Shown here one piece after another: positions 37,862-50,489 of a stretch of DNA of 64,000 nt (position 1 is the stretch's first letter; the number at the start of each line of letters is the position of its first letter). A program made the translations under genes and the position numbers. The DNA lies in contig NC_045696.1 of NCBI RefSeq assembly GCF_009834535.1, positions 64,358,001 to 64,422,000 of the forward strand, in the 5' to 3' direction. The stretch is from Camelus ferus. Taxonomy: Eukaryota. The notes under the pieces were generated by a model. The model worked only from the letters and a program-made list of their open reading frames with translations, did not search any database and was not told the origin of the DNA.

Positions 37862-37877
37862 CCAGGAGGTGGCAGCA
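37862..37877 (+). promoter_or_regulatory. Candidate CTCF core motif
   Basis: CCAGGAGGTGGCAGCA; motif match only. Confidence 0.4.
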
Positions 37878-39156
37878 TGTTGTTTGCTACACATATCTGC
37901 TGTCTTTTAACCTAGAGGGTATTTTTTGGAGACTTCTTCAGGCAGCCATGGGATCTCATGGGAAAGTATATGAGTTTGAAGACCCTGATTCTTTTTTTTT
38001 TTTTTTGTCTTATTTTGTTTTGTTTTAGGCTATAAGGGGACTAACATATAGAAAAGTTGCAAGCAGCCAAGTCTTATTAGATGCTCAATTGAGGAGAAAA
38101 CATTTGTTCTCCAGCCTCACCCCTGCAGGAGATGCAACATTCCAGGCCTCACATTTGTTTGTGGCTTTTTTTTTTTTTTTTTTTTTTTGCTTTTATAATA
38201 TTATACCTTTCTTTCTGCCTGGTGTTTGAAGCAGGGACTTATGCTTTGTTTTTATAAATCTGACTAATATTTTTATCTGATTGCCTTGTTTCTTACATGT
38301 TGATCCACATCAGCAGACTCACATACATCAGCTGAACGCTCTCTGGCTGCAGATATGATCTGAAGAGCATTTCAAAAATGGTCATGTCCTGCAAGATCTT
38401 ACAGTCAGTCTTCTTGGGAAGACCAAGTATAAAAGAGCTTGAAAACAATTACAAAATAACACATCAACCTGAACAAACAACGGTGCTACTGGCTGCATAT
38501 TGGAGGCCCTGCAAGTGCAGAAATGGTCAGAGTGAGAAAGGCCATGAGGCTTCTAGGAGAAATGGACATATCTTTATATACATTGAAATCCACATATTAT
38601 TTCAAATCAAAATTTCTTTGTGATGTTTCACAAACTATCCCACCACACACACACACCCCCAAAACAAACCCAACACACCTTGCATACTATCATTCACCCA
38701 AAATGCTCTACTTATGTATATGAACGTATATTCTTAGAATAATATTTTTTTGATGTTCTTAAAATACATTATTTCTCATTGTTTCTTATAATGATGTACG
38801 ACAACTGTCTAGATATATTGAAAAACAAAGGCTTCCGAGAACAGGGACTACATCTATCTAAATATCTCTGTAGTGTGTCTAGGAAAACTAAGTAGCTTTG
38901 TGGCAAGTAATTTTGCCAATAATGTAGAGATTTAATGTATGTCAAACCTAGGAACAGCTTTAAGCATTTTTTTAATTTCTTTCCAATACTCTCTACCTGG
39001 ATAACCAATGTTCCCTAGACTTGGTTTTGCTTTCCATCTTGACAAAGATGATAGTACAATATTGTTGGTGCTGTAAGGAAACCCAGGTTGACTATGAAGT
39101 ATGATCCAATTGATGTTTATTGGGTTTTCTTTTTTAATCAAATGTTGGGACAATGA

Positions 39157-39600
39157 GTCATTCTAAGTGAAGTAAGCCAGAAAGAGAAAGAGAAATACCA
39201 TATGATATCACTCATATGTGAAAGCTAAAAAAAAGAAAGAAAGAAAAAAGGACACTAATGAACTCATCTACAAAACAGAAACAGACTTGGAGGCATAGTA
39301 AACAATCTCATGGTTACTGAGGGAAGGGGGTGGAAAGGGAAGGGATAAATTTGGGAGTTTGAGATTTACAAGTGTTAACCACTATATGTAAAAATAGATT
39401 TAAAAAACCAAATTTCTTCTGTATAGCTCAGGGAACTGTATTCAATATCTTGTAATAACCTTTAATGAAAAAGAATATGAAAATGAATATATGCTTACAT
39501 ATGCATGACTAGGACATTATGCTGTATACTAGAAATGGACACACTGTAAATTAACACGTTTGTAAACTGACTATACTTCAATAAAAATTAAATTTAAAAA
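39157..39600 (+). mobile_element. 5'-truncated camelid-type L1 3' UTR
   Basis: GTCATTCTAAGTGAAGTAAGCCAGAAAGAG...CTGACTATACTTCAATAAAA; same family as the 14518 copy; TSD degenerate. Confidence 0.9.
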
Positions 39601-41159
39601 ATTAAGTTGGGCTAATAAAAGTACCTGACTTATAGTAACAAACTAACTAGAAAACCAAAAAGTGGGGGAATCCTTGAAGCATGGCTACCTCTTCTAAGTC
39701 ATTCTAACCTTTTCCAGTCTACTCTGAATTTTGGATAATTTCTTCCTCCATATGGAAACATCATATTTTCCAATTTTCTGTTGTGAAAATCATTATTGTT
39801 TTTATATGAATTATATCTTTACTGGCCTCTTTTCCTGAGACAGCATGTGATGAAATGGTAATGAACCAAGTGTGTTCTAGAATCTGCACTAGACAAGCAC
39901 ACATTGCACTGAGCAGGGCCATTCCTCTAATGCACATGAGACTGGTCATGGAAGATCACCATAAAGAAGTTTCCACAGCATTTCTTTTCTCTCTAATTTG
40001 CTACAGACAGAGCCCTTTCCTCCATGAAAAAAAAAAAAATGGTAAAAGGATAAATGAGAATTCGTAAGGCAAGTCAGCTTCCAAAGAAAAAAAAAATCAT
40101 TCCCAGATATGAAGGCAGACCTCCCCCTGCACAGCTGCAGGTGAGACAGAAGTCCATCACCAGGTTTAATATTTTAACAATGATGTAGGCATAAATACCA
40201 TCATTATCAAATGTGATTCCATAAACCAGAGAGGCCGTGCCTGTGAGTTTCTGCATGATTAGGCTTTTGGAGAATGAAGAAGGAAGGCGATAGAAATGCA
40301 GTCAGAATTTGATTTGTATCATCTCAGAATTACAGGAAAGAAATGGTGACCAGTAGAGCATAAGAATTAGTGTTCAATCTCCCAAGAGAATTCTTTATAG
40401 TTAGAAAAACCCATACAGATTGTATACAATTAAGAAAGTACCTTCCATGAATTATTCATGTTGGAATTGAATCTTCCAAAATCTAAATGGGAGATTCACT
40501 GACCTATGAGAATACAGGTTAAATTCTGAGCTAGCATCACTTTATTTTTCCCGTTGCTGTTCTTATATATTCTGCAACATCCACTCCTCGGTTCAGGAAA
40601 AAATTCAGTGTTATCCACAGCTCCTTTTTAACATTGAAATCTCCTTGAGGGCCTATCTAGACCATTATATAGATAAGATGATTAATTTTCAAAGACAGTT
40701 AGTTGAGAATATTAAATGAGAAGCTGAATGAGTTTACTTCTCTGCTCAAAATTCCACAAATACATATATCCATTTGTTCTCTTTAACATTAAACCTCCTT
40801 TGTTAAAAATTTCATATCAAGCCCTTATGGGGAAAAAAATAGTATATTATGCAGTAGAGTGAAAGAAGATCTGTGTCTAATACATTTAGCCTGTCCCTGC
40901 ACAGCTGCTTTGAAACATTTCCTCTTCATTCTACTGCCCAAGAGGCTGGAATAGCCTTGGGCTCCTCAAAGAGGGGCTGGGGAACTCTTTCAGCCTGTGT
41001 CTCATTAGCATCCCCGACTTCCGGCTTCCTCCTGTCACAACGCCCTCTGTGAGTGCCAGAGCCAGAGCACAAATGCCCCCTAGGGCCACAGTTACATTTT
41101 ACATTACACTTAGTGGCTAATAAGTCATGCCATCATCACCAAAAGCATTTTTAAGCATC

Positions 41160-41560
41160 TCTTGCCAGAGGCAGTATATAATCCACAGTGCTTGCTCTAT
41201 TGGTCTGTATTTCAATGGCTGGCCTGGGAGATTTTTCTAGAGCAGTAGGGCCCTTAAAGGAGCTGTAGGGTTAATAGACTGTCACAGGTTTGGGTATCAC
41301 CAAGTTGACTGGTGCAGTCAACCCTGAGTCAAGTTATAACGCGGAGTCGCTGGTGCTGGACCTGTCCCAATCCAGAACTAATATGATAGAGCTCAGGTTC
41401 GATCCTGTCAGAATCAGAAAAGATCTGCACAGACTCAGCCATGTGCAGTAATGCTTGGTCCAGCTGGTCATAAATGGATGCCTATTCTTGCTCATGATGG
41501 GAATAATTGAGCATGTGTGAGTGGCTTCATGGAGCCTCCCATCACTCCTGGGGACCGATG
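41160..41560 (+). mobile_element. Ancient L3/CR1 LINE 3' fragment
   Basis: CAGGTTCGATCCTGTCAGAATCAGAAAAG...GAGCCTCCCATCACT resembles the CR1/L3 3' end; highly diverged. Confidence 0.45.
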
Positions 41561-41849
41561 AAAGCAAATTCACAGCATGTGCTCTACCAGTAATCAGAAA
41601 GAAATCCCGGGCTTGGAGAAGAAAGACATAAGCAGTTCAGGCTCCCTATTCACTGGTATGTATCACGGGCAAAACTGTTCATCACTATTGATTGCTTCAA
41701 CTGTAAGATGAGGAAAATGGCCACGACCTACTTCAAGGTCATTGGAAAGCTCAAGTTTGGTAATATTTGTGAAAATGCTTCTCATAAGATGCAAAAAAAT
41801 TATACACACATATTTGGAATTATTTGTGTTACATTATCATCTTTATTAC

Positions 41850-42015
41850 TGGTGCTGATGAGATGCTTAATGTGTCCAAGAATCACTGGTAAGCTTGTTA
41901 AAACTCAGATTCAAATTCAGTAGGTCTGGGATGGGACCCAGGAGTCTGTATTTCTATTAAGCTCCTGGGTGATGCCAATAATGCCGGTCTGGGGACTGTA
42001 CTTTACATAGCAAGG
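41850..42015 (+). mobile_element. MER5A1-like MITE
   Basis: GAATCAC...CTTGTTAAAA...CAGATTC..ATTCAGTAGGTCTGGG...CCCAGGAGTCTGTATTTCTA...AGCAAGG. Confidence 0.75.
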
Positions 42016-43874
42016 ACTCAGGACAACTTAGGACCCTTAAAATGATACATGTCCAAAATGCTTCTGCATGTGACTCTGGGAATAAGGATCTGAACATCTT
42101 AGGTTATTTATTCTATTTTGACAATAAAGTTAGTTTTTACTTCGCACTGATCGCATGTCCTGAAGGCATAGGAGTCTGTCACATAAACTCAGTTGTGGAC
42201 TGTGGCTTCTCTTACCATAAACCATGAATGCAGTCAAGGAATATTGACGAATGTCTTCTATACATTTTTTTTTTCCTTTAGAGATTTTGCTTTGCCTAAA
42301 TACTCAGCTACCTTTTAGAGAAAATGCAATTCGGCAAGTCACTCTTGCCAGTCCTGAGAAATTATTTCCAGCAGAGAAGAGCTATGACCGGGCAGCCTGA
42401 GAAGGGCCTTTCCGTGATACGCGTCCACCAGGCCCAGCAGCCTCTCAGCGGCCGTGCTCAGTGTGAAATTCATCTTTGTCACAAATAGCAAATCACATGC
42501 TATGGAATATCACAATCTCATTATGGGATGTCATCTCCCAGCGCAAATACATTATTTTCACCAGATTTACAGACAGTGCAGGCCCATGTCATTGCCAGCC
42601 TGTGATGGATGGGCTCTCTCTGGCTATATCTGGGTGCGTGATTTACACATGGCAGGACCCTGACAGACATGGACCGCAGCCAGCCCCAGAAGGGCTCTGG
42701 AGAAGGTTTCTCTTTCACGGTCTCTTAAACACAAAACCCAGTAGTTGGAAAATGTTGTGGCACCTACATTAAAGGAAAGAAATAAGGACAACAAAAGTCT
42801 CACTGTAACACTTTCCTTCGCTCCTCATGTGTTAGAATTTATATCTCACAAGGGGACTTCGGTGGAATTCACCTGAAACCCTACTGGATAGGTCAGCAAA
42901 GAAACATTTAGTATTAAGTTCCATCCTATAGGAAAACTTGGCACCGTGTCCTATGTGAGAAGAAGCGTGTGCTACAGCATTTTGGAATTTCTAAGGCAAG
43001 CAAGTAATCTTACCAAGAGAACAAGACATAAATAATAACATGTCATGTTTTACTTGTGGCCAGTGTCTCTGGAAAGAGAGAATCAAATCTCATAGAGAAA
43101 TGGAACAGAATAAGCCTCGTAATAGAGAATTTCAGTATTAAATGGATCTACCACCCCCTCATATCTTCTATTCAGAGATGTAATCTCTTCCTTACATTGT
43201 AGTTGGCTTAACTCTGCTTGAATACTTGAGGTATTGGAGAGATTACCGTTTCCAAATTTTTTTTCTTTTCATTTCTGAAATATTTGAACTGTTAGAAAGT
43301 TCTTATACGTTGTGAGTCTGTGTCTCCAATTCTCACCCACTGGTCCTGATGCCAAGTTGGGTGGATCAGAGGATAGGTCTATCTCATTATCTTCCCAGCC
43401 CTTCTCCTCTCTATAGTCTGCCTTCCATCAATGATAGTTGTATTGTCTAATATTTCTAATGCTGCATTGGTCCCTTTGGAAATTTAGTTTTATGATGGAG
43501 TAGCATCATACATTGAATTTCAATTTTTTTCAAATTCAGTTGCATGTGCTTATCAGAGAGAGACAGACAGAGAGAAACAGAGACAGCAAACCAGAATAGC
43601 AAGCAAGAGAAAGAGCAGTTAACATCCTAAATAAAGCTAGTGATTCTGTCCTTTGCCCCAGTGATTGTGCGCCACAGGATAATTTGTGAATCTATTTTCT
43701 CTGTTGGCTCAGTTCCCAGGTGTCTTCCACGGTATAGGCAACTTACCATATTGAACGTGCCTTAATTATATAAGATGACAGTTTTTTTGGTATAACATGG
43801 CATCTAAACATGAGCCAACTACTTCATTTGGCAAACTACTAATATTTGGCAAGTAATATTAATTTTAAACTAAG

Positions 43875-44367
43875 GGTATTAGTCTTCTATTGCTGCTGCA
43901 ATAAATGACCATAAGGGTAGTGATTTAAAACAACACAGATTTGTTATCTTCCTGTTTTGGAGAGTCAGAAGTCTGAACGTAGGTCTTACAGGCTAAAATC
44001 AATGTGTCAGCAGGACTTCGTTCATTCTGGAAGCTCTAGGGGAGAATCATTCCTCGCTTTTCCCAGCTTCTAGAGGCTGTCTGCACTCCTTGGCGTATAG
44101 TCTCCTCTCAGCAATAGCATGACTTCAACCTCTGCCTCCACCCTCATGTCTCCTTCTCTGCCTCTGCCTCTCCAGCCTCCCTCTTTTAAGGACTCTTCTG
44201 ATCACATTAGGCTCAACTAGAATCATCCAGACTAATCTCTTCATCTCAAAGTCCTTAATTTCATTTGTAAAGTACCGTTTGCTATGTACAATAACATGTC
44301 CACAGGTTTTAAGGATTAGGATGTAAACTTCCTTTGCGGGGTAAAGGGCAATATTCAACCCACTGCA
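43875..44367 (-). mobile_element. MaLR solo LTR, MLT1D-like
   Basis: GTATTAGTCTTCTATTGCTGCTG...AAACAACACAGATTT...GCTCTAGGGGAGAATC...GGATTAGGATG; TSD CTAAG/CTATG. Confidence 0.85.
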
Positions 44368-44521
44368 CTATGTTAAAGCAGAGGCAATTCTGCACTTTCT
44401 AATATAAATGTGTACTTCCTGACCTATAAAGATGATGGAGTAAGAAAATCGCAGGTGCCCCGGATTCTGATCTTAGCATCTCTCCCTCCATTGCCTAACT
44501 ATGATTAGGGGTGACTCACTT

Positions 44522-44671
44522 CCAAAGCTGGAAGGAGGGTGACATGAGGAACCCAGGGAGCACAACATTAGGTGGTACCCACACTCGGGTGCCAACTTGT
44601 ATTCACACAACCCTGAGAACGAGGGCCTCCTTCAAGTTCTAGGTGCCTCACATGCCTTTTCATAGGCCCTG
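44522..44671. mobile_element. Palindromic hAT MITE, MER96-like
   Basis: AGGGTGAC...CCCTGAGAACGAGGGCCTCCTT...TAGGTGCCTC...GGCCCTG resembles the MER96 consensus. Confidence 0.5.
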
Positions 44672-45125
44672 CTACACTTTATCTATCTTTGGATCCTACA
44701 TCACTCTATGCCTTGATTTTCTCATCTGTAAAATTGGGGCATAAAGTTAATCATTACTCTTTTCTATCTTGCTTTCTTTGTTTTGCTTTGTCTCGTAAGA
44801 AATAAACGAGCAGGTGGATGTGAAGGTACTCTGTCAGTAGTAAAATGCTACGGATTCTTTTTCTTTTTTTATTTTTGGTTTTTCCTTCTTTTTTATTTTC
44901 ACATTCTTTTTCACTCTAAGTTACCACATGATACTGAGCACAGTTCCCTGTGCTATGCATTCATTTATGACAGCCAGTTTTTTTAAAGCATGAGGGTAGA
45001 ATAAGTGACACTTCTTACTTTTCACCCAATTAATGTAAAAGTTAACTCACGCAAACAAAAAGAATTAACATCTATATTTACAAAGATAAATCGCGAATGT
45101 CCAAAGGAACTGTATTCGTTTATGA

Positions 45126-45302
45126 CAATGATTTTTCAACCTTGGCTGCACACTGGAATCACCCAGGGAGCTTTACAAAGTGCTGATGGCTGGGTCTCGT
45201 CCCCAGAGACTCTCATTTAATGGGTGTGGGGTGCAGCCCAGGCACTGGGATTTTTAAAACTCCCCAGCTGACTCTAATGTGCAGCCAAGGCTGAACGGCG
45301 CT
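45126..45302 (+). mobile_element. MER5B-like MITE
   Basis: TCAACCTTGGCTGCACA ... TGTGCAGCCAAGGCTGA subterminal inverted repeats. Confidence 0.85.
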
Positions 45303-46314
45303 GCTTAATGACTTCTTTAGAAGCCTCAGGAATGTGTTTTGAATTGATATAAAGTTTGTGGAGAGTAGAGAACATACTTTTTCTGTTTGCAGAATGGATT
45401 CCATAGAATCAACATAATAGGCAAAATTCACAAAATCATATTCTGATTCACATACAGAACTTTTCTGTTAACATAGAGGAGGCACCTGAACATCAAAATG
45501 CAAGTAAATGCGTGTTTTTGACAAAAAGAAAAGTATTGTGGATAGCTAAAAAATAAATAAATAAATAAAAAACAGGCTAAAACAGTGTCTCTTTTAGAGA
45601 TGAATTTCTACCTAATATAGAGGTTCTTGATATTGACCCAGGCAATTCTAGGTCTGGTGGCCCAGTAGAACCAACTGAGGAGGTTTTAAAACCCTTATGC
45701 CCTAACTGCACATTGGATCAGTTAAGTTAAAATCTCTGGGGATGAGATCCACGCATCAGAGTTTTTAAAAAATTTCTCCATGTGCCAACAAAGCAAGAAC
45801 CCCTATCCCAATGCACTTAAAATCAAAATCGGTATGACCAGTATTCATTGAGAAAAGGCCACTTATTATCAGGAACTGCAGAGGGCTTGCTCCCCACCCT
45901 CTAATCACCCAGTCTAGTGAAGGAGAAAAACATGTCCACGGAGTCATAAGAGGTGAGAAGAGATGCAGTGAGAGCGTTGAGGAAGGCCACGCCATTGCTC
46001 CTTGGACAAGGAAGGCAGGGGAAGAGGAATCAAACAGACCACTGTGGGGTTCAGCAAGGGATTTGTGAAGGTGAGTTCTGAACGAGGCCAAGGGGGAGAA
46101 GGGCAGTTCTAGGAGATGATGTGGCTTGTGCAGAGGCTCAGAAACCCAAATGGAAGCAATTGACCATTATCATATAGGATTCCTAATTTTCTCAGAGTTA
46201 GTACAGGATGATCTAAACAATGCCTTCTTGACTAGAGGGCATTTTAGCATTCATCAAATCATTCAAACACGATTCTTGAAATACAACTTAGCATTAAAAG
46301 GGTCCCAACTACTG

Positions 46315-46975
46315 ATAAACCCACAGAAGGACAGATCTCAAGGGAATTATGTTGACTGGAAAGAGTTTCAAAACACTTCACATCGTATGATACCATTTAT
46401 ACAACATTCTTGAAATGACAGAATTATAGAAAAAGAGAACAGATGAGAGGTTTCCAAGGGTTAAGGATGGGCAGGAGAGGGAGGTGGGTGGAGAAGAGAA
46501 AAAGGTGTAAATATAAAGGGATTGAAAGACAGAGATCATGGGGGTGATGGATTAGTTCTGTATCTTGATTGCCGAAGTTGTATCAACCTCAGATGTGACA
46601 AAATGGCATAGAACTGCATACTCACAACATGCCAATGTCAATGTTCTGCAGGATTTTGGGGGGTTTTTTTTGGTTTTTTTTATTGATGTTTAGTTGATTT
46701 ACAATGTTGTATCAGTTTCTGGTGTACAGCATAGTGATTCAGCTTTACATACATATATATAGTCTTTCTCATATTCTTTTAAGAAAGACAAATCATGATT
46801 TCACTTATGTGTGGAATCTAAAAATATGATCCCAATGTTCTGGTTTTGACACTGTACTCTAATTAAGATGGACCAATGGAGGAAACTGATGAAGGATGCA
46901 CTGGCCCTCTTCATACTATCTTTGCAACTTCTGGTGAATCTATAACTATTTCAAAATAAAAAGATTTTTTTCAAT
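46315..46975 (+). mobile_element. Old L1MC-type 3' end split by a younger L1
   Basis: ATCTCAAGGGAATTATG...CATTCTTGAAATGACAG...TTTGCAACTTCTGGTGAATCTATAACTATTTCAAAATAAAA. Confidence 0.8.
46649..46832 (-). mobile_element. Short L1 with 5' inversion (twin-priming structure)
   Basis: T tail plus antisense L1 end (to about 46780), then sense piece AAGAAAGACAAAT...TCACTTATGTGTGGAATCTAAAAA; TSD CAATGTTCTG at 46639-46648 / 46833-46842. Confidence 0.8.
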
Positions 46976-47635
46976 GAACTAAGAAAATAAAAATAGATTG
47001 TTGCAAAAGAAACCCCACAATTCTAACATTACTATGATTCAAAAGACAGTTTGGGGCCTCGAAAAGAGAAACAAAACATGTCTTGGTTTCCCTTTGATTC
47101 TTTTATTCTCTATTTCTCTATCCCTCTCCTTTCTGTGTTCCTTTCTTCTTCCATCCTTTCTTTTACTTCCTTTTCACTCCTGTCCTAATCTCATTCCTAA
47201 AAGTGACACCTTGAAAACTACATTTTAAGACTATTGCAAACAATAGAAGGATGAAAAACAGTAACAAAAGGCTTAAATGATAGAGAAAAGTTAGTGATGT
47301 TCTAACAAGTCTCTGTTGTTACTAGGCTGCAAACCCATTCTGAAAATTTGGTTTATAGTTTACACAGCAGGATACTCATATGCTGCTTTATTAATATGCT
47401 AACTTCAGGATAAAATAAGAACCAAATAACATCTCGATTACAATTACTTTAGCTTTTTTAATCTAATGGTGACCCATTAACAAGAAGGAACAAACTTTGG
47501 GGATGCAAATGAAAAATGCAGCTTAAATTTTAAAGTTTGGAATATTTATCTATTTTAAAAGGTGATTACTGACTGATATTTTAAACTGTGTTTTGCTTAA
47601 CATTTGTTCATCTAACAAAAATAAAATGGTCCTTT

Positions 47636-47818
47636 TTTTATACCCTCTTTAATATTTTTTAATTGAGGGGGTGGTTTTGTTTTTCTGGGGGAGGGGGGCA
47701 TGAGGTAATTAAGTTTATTTACTTAGTTTTAATTAATTTTTTAATGGAGGTGCTGGGGATTGAACCCAGGACCCCATGCATGCTAAGCACACACTCTACT
47801 GTTGAGCTATGCCCCCCC
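47636..47818 (-). mobile_element. Vic-1-type SINE with an extended tail
   Basis: GGGGATTGAACCCAGGACC...CATGCTAAGC...GAGCTAT (antisense B and A boxes); TSD AAAATGGT(C/T)CTTT at 47623-47635 / 47819-47831. Confidence 0.9.
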
Positions 47819-48889
47819 AAAATGGTTCTTTATGGAGAGATTCCTATATTAAACCCAAGAATGCATCTAATAGAAACAGGCACCTCTGCTGCAGCTGAGT
47901 GCTCATGAGAAATCATATCTAAAGCAAACCACATTTTTCTTTTGATTTCCAAGTTAATGACAGCGAGAAGTGGGGTGATTGCAAGTTCCCCTGAGGACTG
48001 GCAGCAGGCTCAGGCCTCAGACTGAACCCAGGGCCCAATGTTAGGATCCCCTGCTCTTGACAGTAGACACATGCTGCAACTCAGAGGTCTTGGCACTTTC
48101 TCTGTGAGATTCCCAGAGCTGTCAATAAATCATTCCTTGATCTTTAAATGTCGTAACTTACAGCTCTAAGTAAATAAGAAACATACATCTAAAATCATTC
48201 AACGGGATCAGTGGCTTTTGTTCAAACAACAAAAAAGAGACTGAGCTTTTTCTTTTATAAAGGAAATCACATACCTCAGAACACCTAAAAATATCTTTTA
48301 ATTGAAACGCATATGAATATCCCTTAAGGAAAAAGAAGAAGCTAATTATACTAAGAGATTTAATGAGATTATCACATACCTTAATACCTAGAGTCACTGT
48401 GGACTGTTTTTTAATTGTTAGGGAAATCTGTACCTTTCTTGACTTAAAGAAAATGAATAAGGGGCCCACAAGTTTATTGGAAACCACTTTATTAAGTTCT
48501 TACAACTCGAAGCCATCAAATGGAGTCAAATCATGACAAATCTAGAAAAACAAGTTGTGAATTTAAAGAGATTCCGAGCTTTCCTGAAAGTGAAATATAA
48601 AGCAAATGTGCCAAGAGCTACTTTCAAAAAATGACACCCTAGGATGTCAAATTTCAAATCCTAGGATGCATTGGCAGCCTCTCCTGCCTGAGAGGACCAA
48701 CTCTGTCACTGGAGATCTTCTGCATCCTGGAGGGGACTTTTCCTTCTAGCCTTTCTCTGGCATCTCCTGTCCAACTCTGCCATTCAGTTACCCCCGATTC
48801 TCTCTGGTCTAGATGGTACCCACGCTCCCCATTCTCCATGCCTTTCCCGTAGCAAGTATTACCCCTGCTAGAAAAGCTTCCTCACTCCC

Positions 48890-50420
48890 TCAGCATCCAT
48901 TTGTTGAGCATCAGCTGTCTGCCCAAAGCAGACAAAAAGATAGACAGGGTCCTTACCTTGATAGAGCTTAACTGTAGGTGAGGTTGGCAGATAAATAAAC
49001 AAGCAACCAATAATTAAACAAGATCATTTTGGATTCTTATTAGAGCTGTGAAGGAAATCAATAGAGCAATGTGATAGAGGGTAGCCGGGGCAGAGAGGCA
49101 GGGCTTCAGGGAAAGCATCTCTGAAAAGATGACATTAAACTAAGAATCAAGGAATAAAAAGGAGCCTGCCGTGCAAAGAACAGGAAAAGAGCATCCCAGG
49201 CAGTGGGAGAGAAAATGTGACGGCTCTGTGGTGGGAATGGAATTGGTAAGTTCAGGCAACTGAATTGAAAGAAAAATGACCATAATATAATAACTGATCC
49301 CACTCTTCACCATCTTCCCTTCTCCCGGCCCATTCGCAACCATGAAGGTCGAGCTGTGCAGTTTCAGCAGGTACAAGATAGACCCAGGACACGGGAGGTG
49401 CTATGCCAGGACCGATGGGAAGGTTTTCCAGTTTCTTAATGCAAAATGTGAGTTGGCTTTCCTTTCCAAGGGGAATCCTCGGCAGATCAACTGGACTGTC
49501 CTCTACAGAAGAAAGCACAAAAAGGGACAATTGGAAGAAATTCAAAAGAAAAGAACTCGCCGTGCAGTCAAATTCCAGAGGGCCATAACTGGTTCATTTC
49601 TTGCTGATATAATGGCCAAGAGGAATCAGAAACCTGGAGTTTGGAAGGCTCAACAAGAACAGGCTCCCAGGGCTGCCAAGGCAGCCAAAAAGGCTAAGCA
49701 AGCACCTAAAAAGACAACAGTGGCTGCTGCAAAGGCTCTCACAAAGGCCGCACCTAAGCAAAGGACTGTGAAGCCTGTGAAGGTTTCTGCGCCCCAAGTA
49801 GGTGGAAAACACTAAGTTGGCAAATGGGTTTTTTAAATAAAGATCTCACTATGAAAAAAAAAAAACTGATCAGTGAGGTCAAAGAAGTGGGACTGCATAG
49901 GGTTATGTGGGATCTACATGCCATGAGAAGGAGCTTATGTTTTGCTTATAGTGAGATGGGAAGTCATTAAAGAATTTAAAGCATCAAAATCATATATTCA
50001 AATTTATATGTTAAAAATATTACTCTGGCTTCAGTATAGATAGAGCATTTGAAATGGTGGGGGCGGTGTAGAGGACAGAAGCCGGAAAATCTGTTAGAAA
50101 GTTATAGCCATAGACCAGGAAAGAGAGAATGGTGGCTTGGACCAAGGTGGTGATGGTGGAGGTTAAAGAAAGTGAATGGATTCTAGTTACAATTTGAAGG
50201 TAGAACCAACAAATCTTGAAGGATAAGAGAAAGTTAGCAATACAGGATGACTTGTGATTTGAAGACCTGTACTCTGAGATGATGATGGCGCCATCTAATG
50301 AATTGGGGAAGACCGGGAAAGAGAAAAATTGGGGGAGGAAAATAGAGTCATATTTTGAACAATAAAACATCTGTAGAACACTCAGGTGGAAATGTCAAGG
50401 AGAGGTTTTGATAAGTATGA
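48890..50420 (-). mobile_element. L2 LINE remnant interrupted by the RPL24 retrocopy
   Basis: Antisense L2 3' end ATTTGTTGAGCA; continues after the retrocopy with GATGGGAAGTCATT...ACTCTGGCT...GGTGGCTTGGACCAAGGTGG. Confidence 0.75.
49300..49865 (+). pseudogene. RPL24: Processed retrocopy of 60S ribosomal protein L24 (eL24); intact ORF 49342-49815
   Basis: 157-aa intronless [12 protein letters not shown]...VGGKH colinear with mammalian RPL24 (about 21 substitutions versus the recalled human sequence); pyrimidine-rich 5' UTR, AATAAA 49836-49841, poly(A) 49854-49865, TSD core AACTGATC at 49292-49299 / 49864-49871. Confidence 0.97.
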
Positions 50421-50489
50421 CTCGTAAAGCAGGGAGTGAGTTCCAATCACCACTGCCGAAATCCCACCCATTCGCCTAGCTACATTTAA

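Noticed and set aside
49403..49812. Alternative-frame and antisense ORFs over RPL24
   Set aside because: Shadow ORFs of the retrocopy
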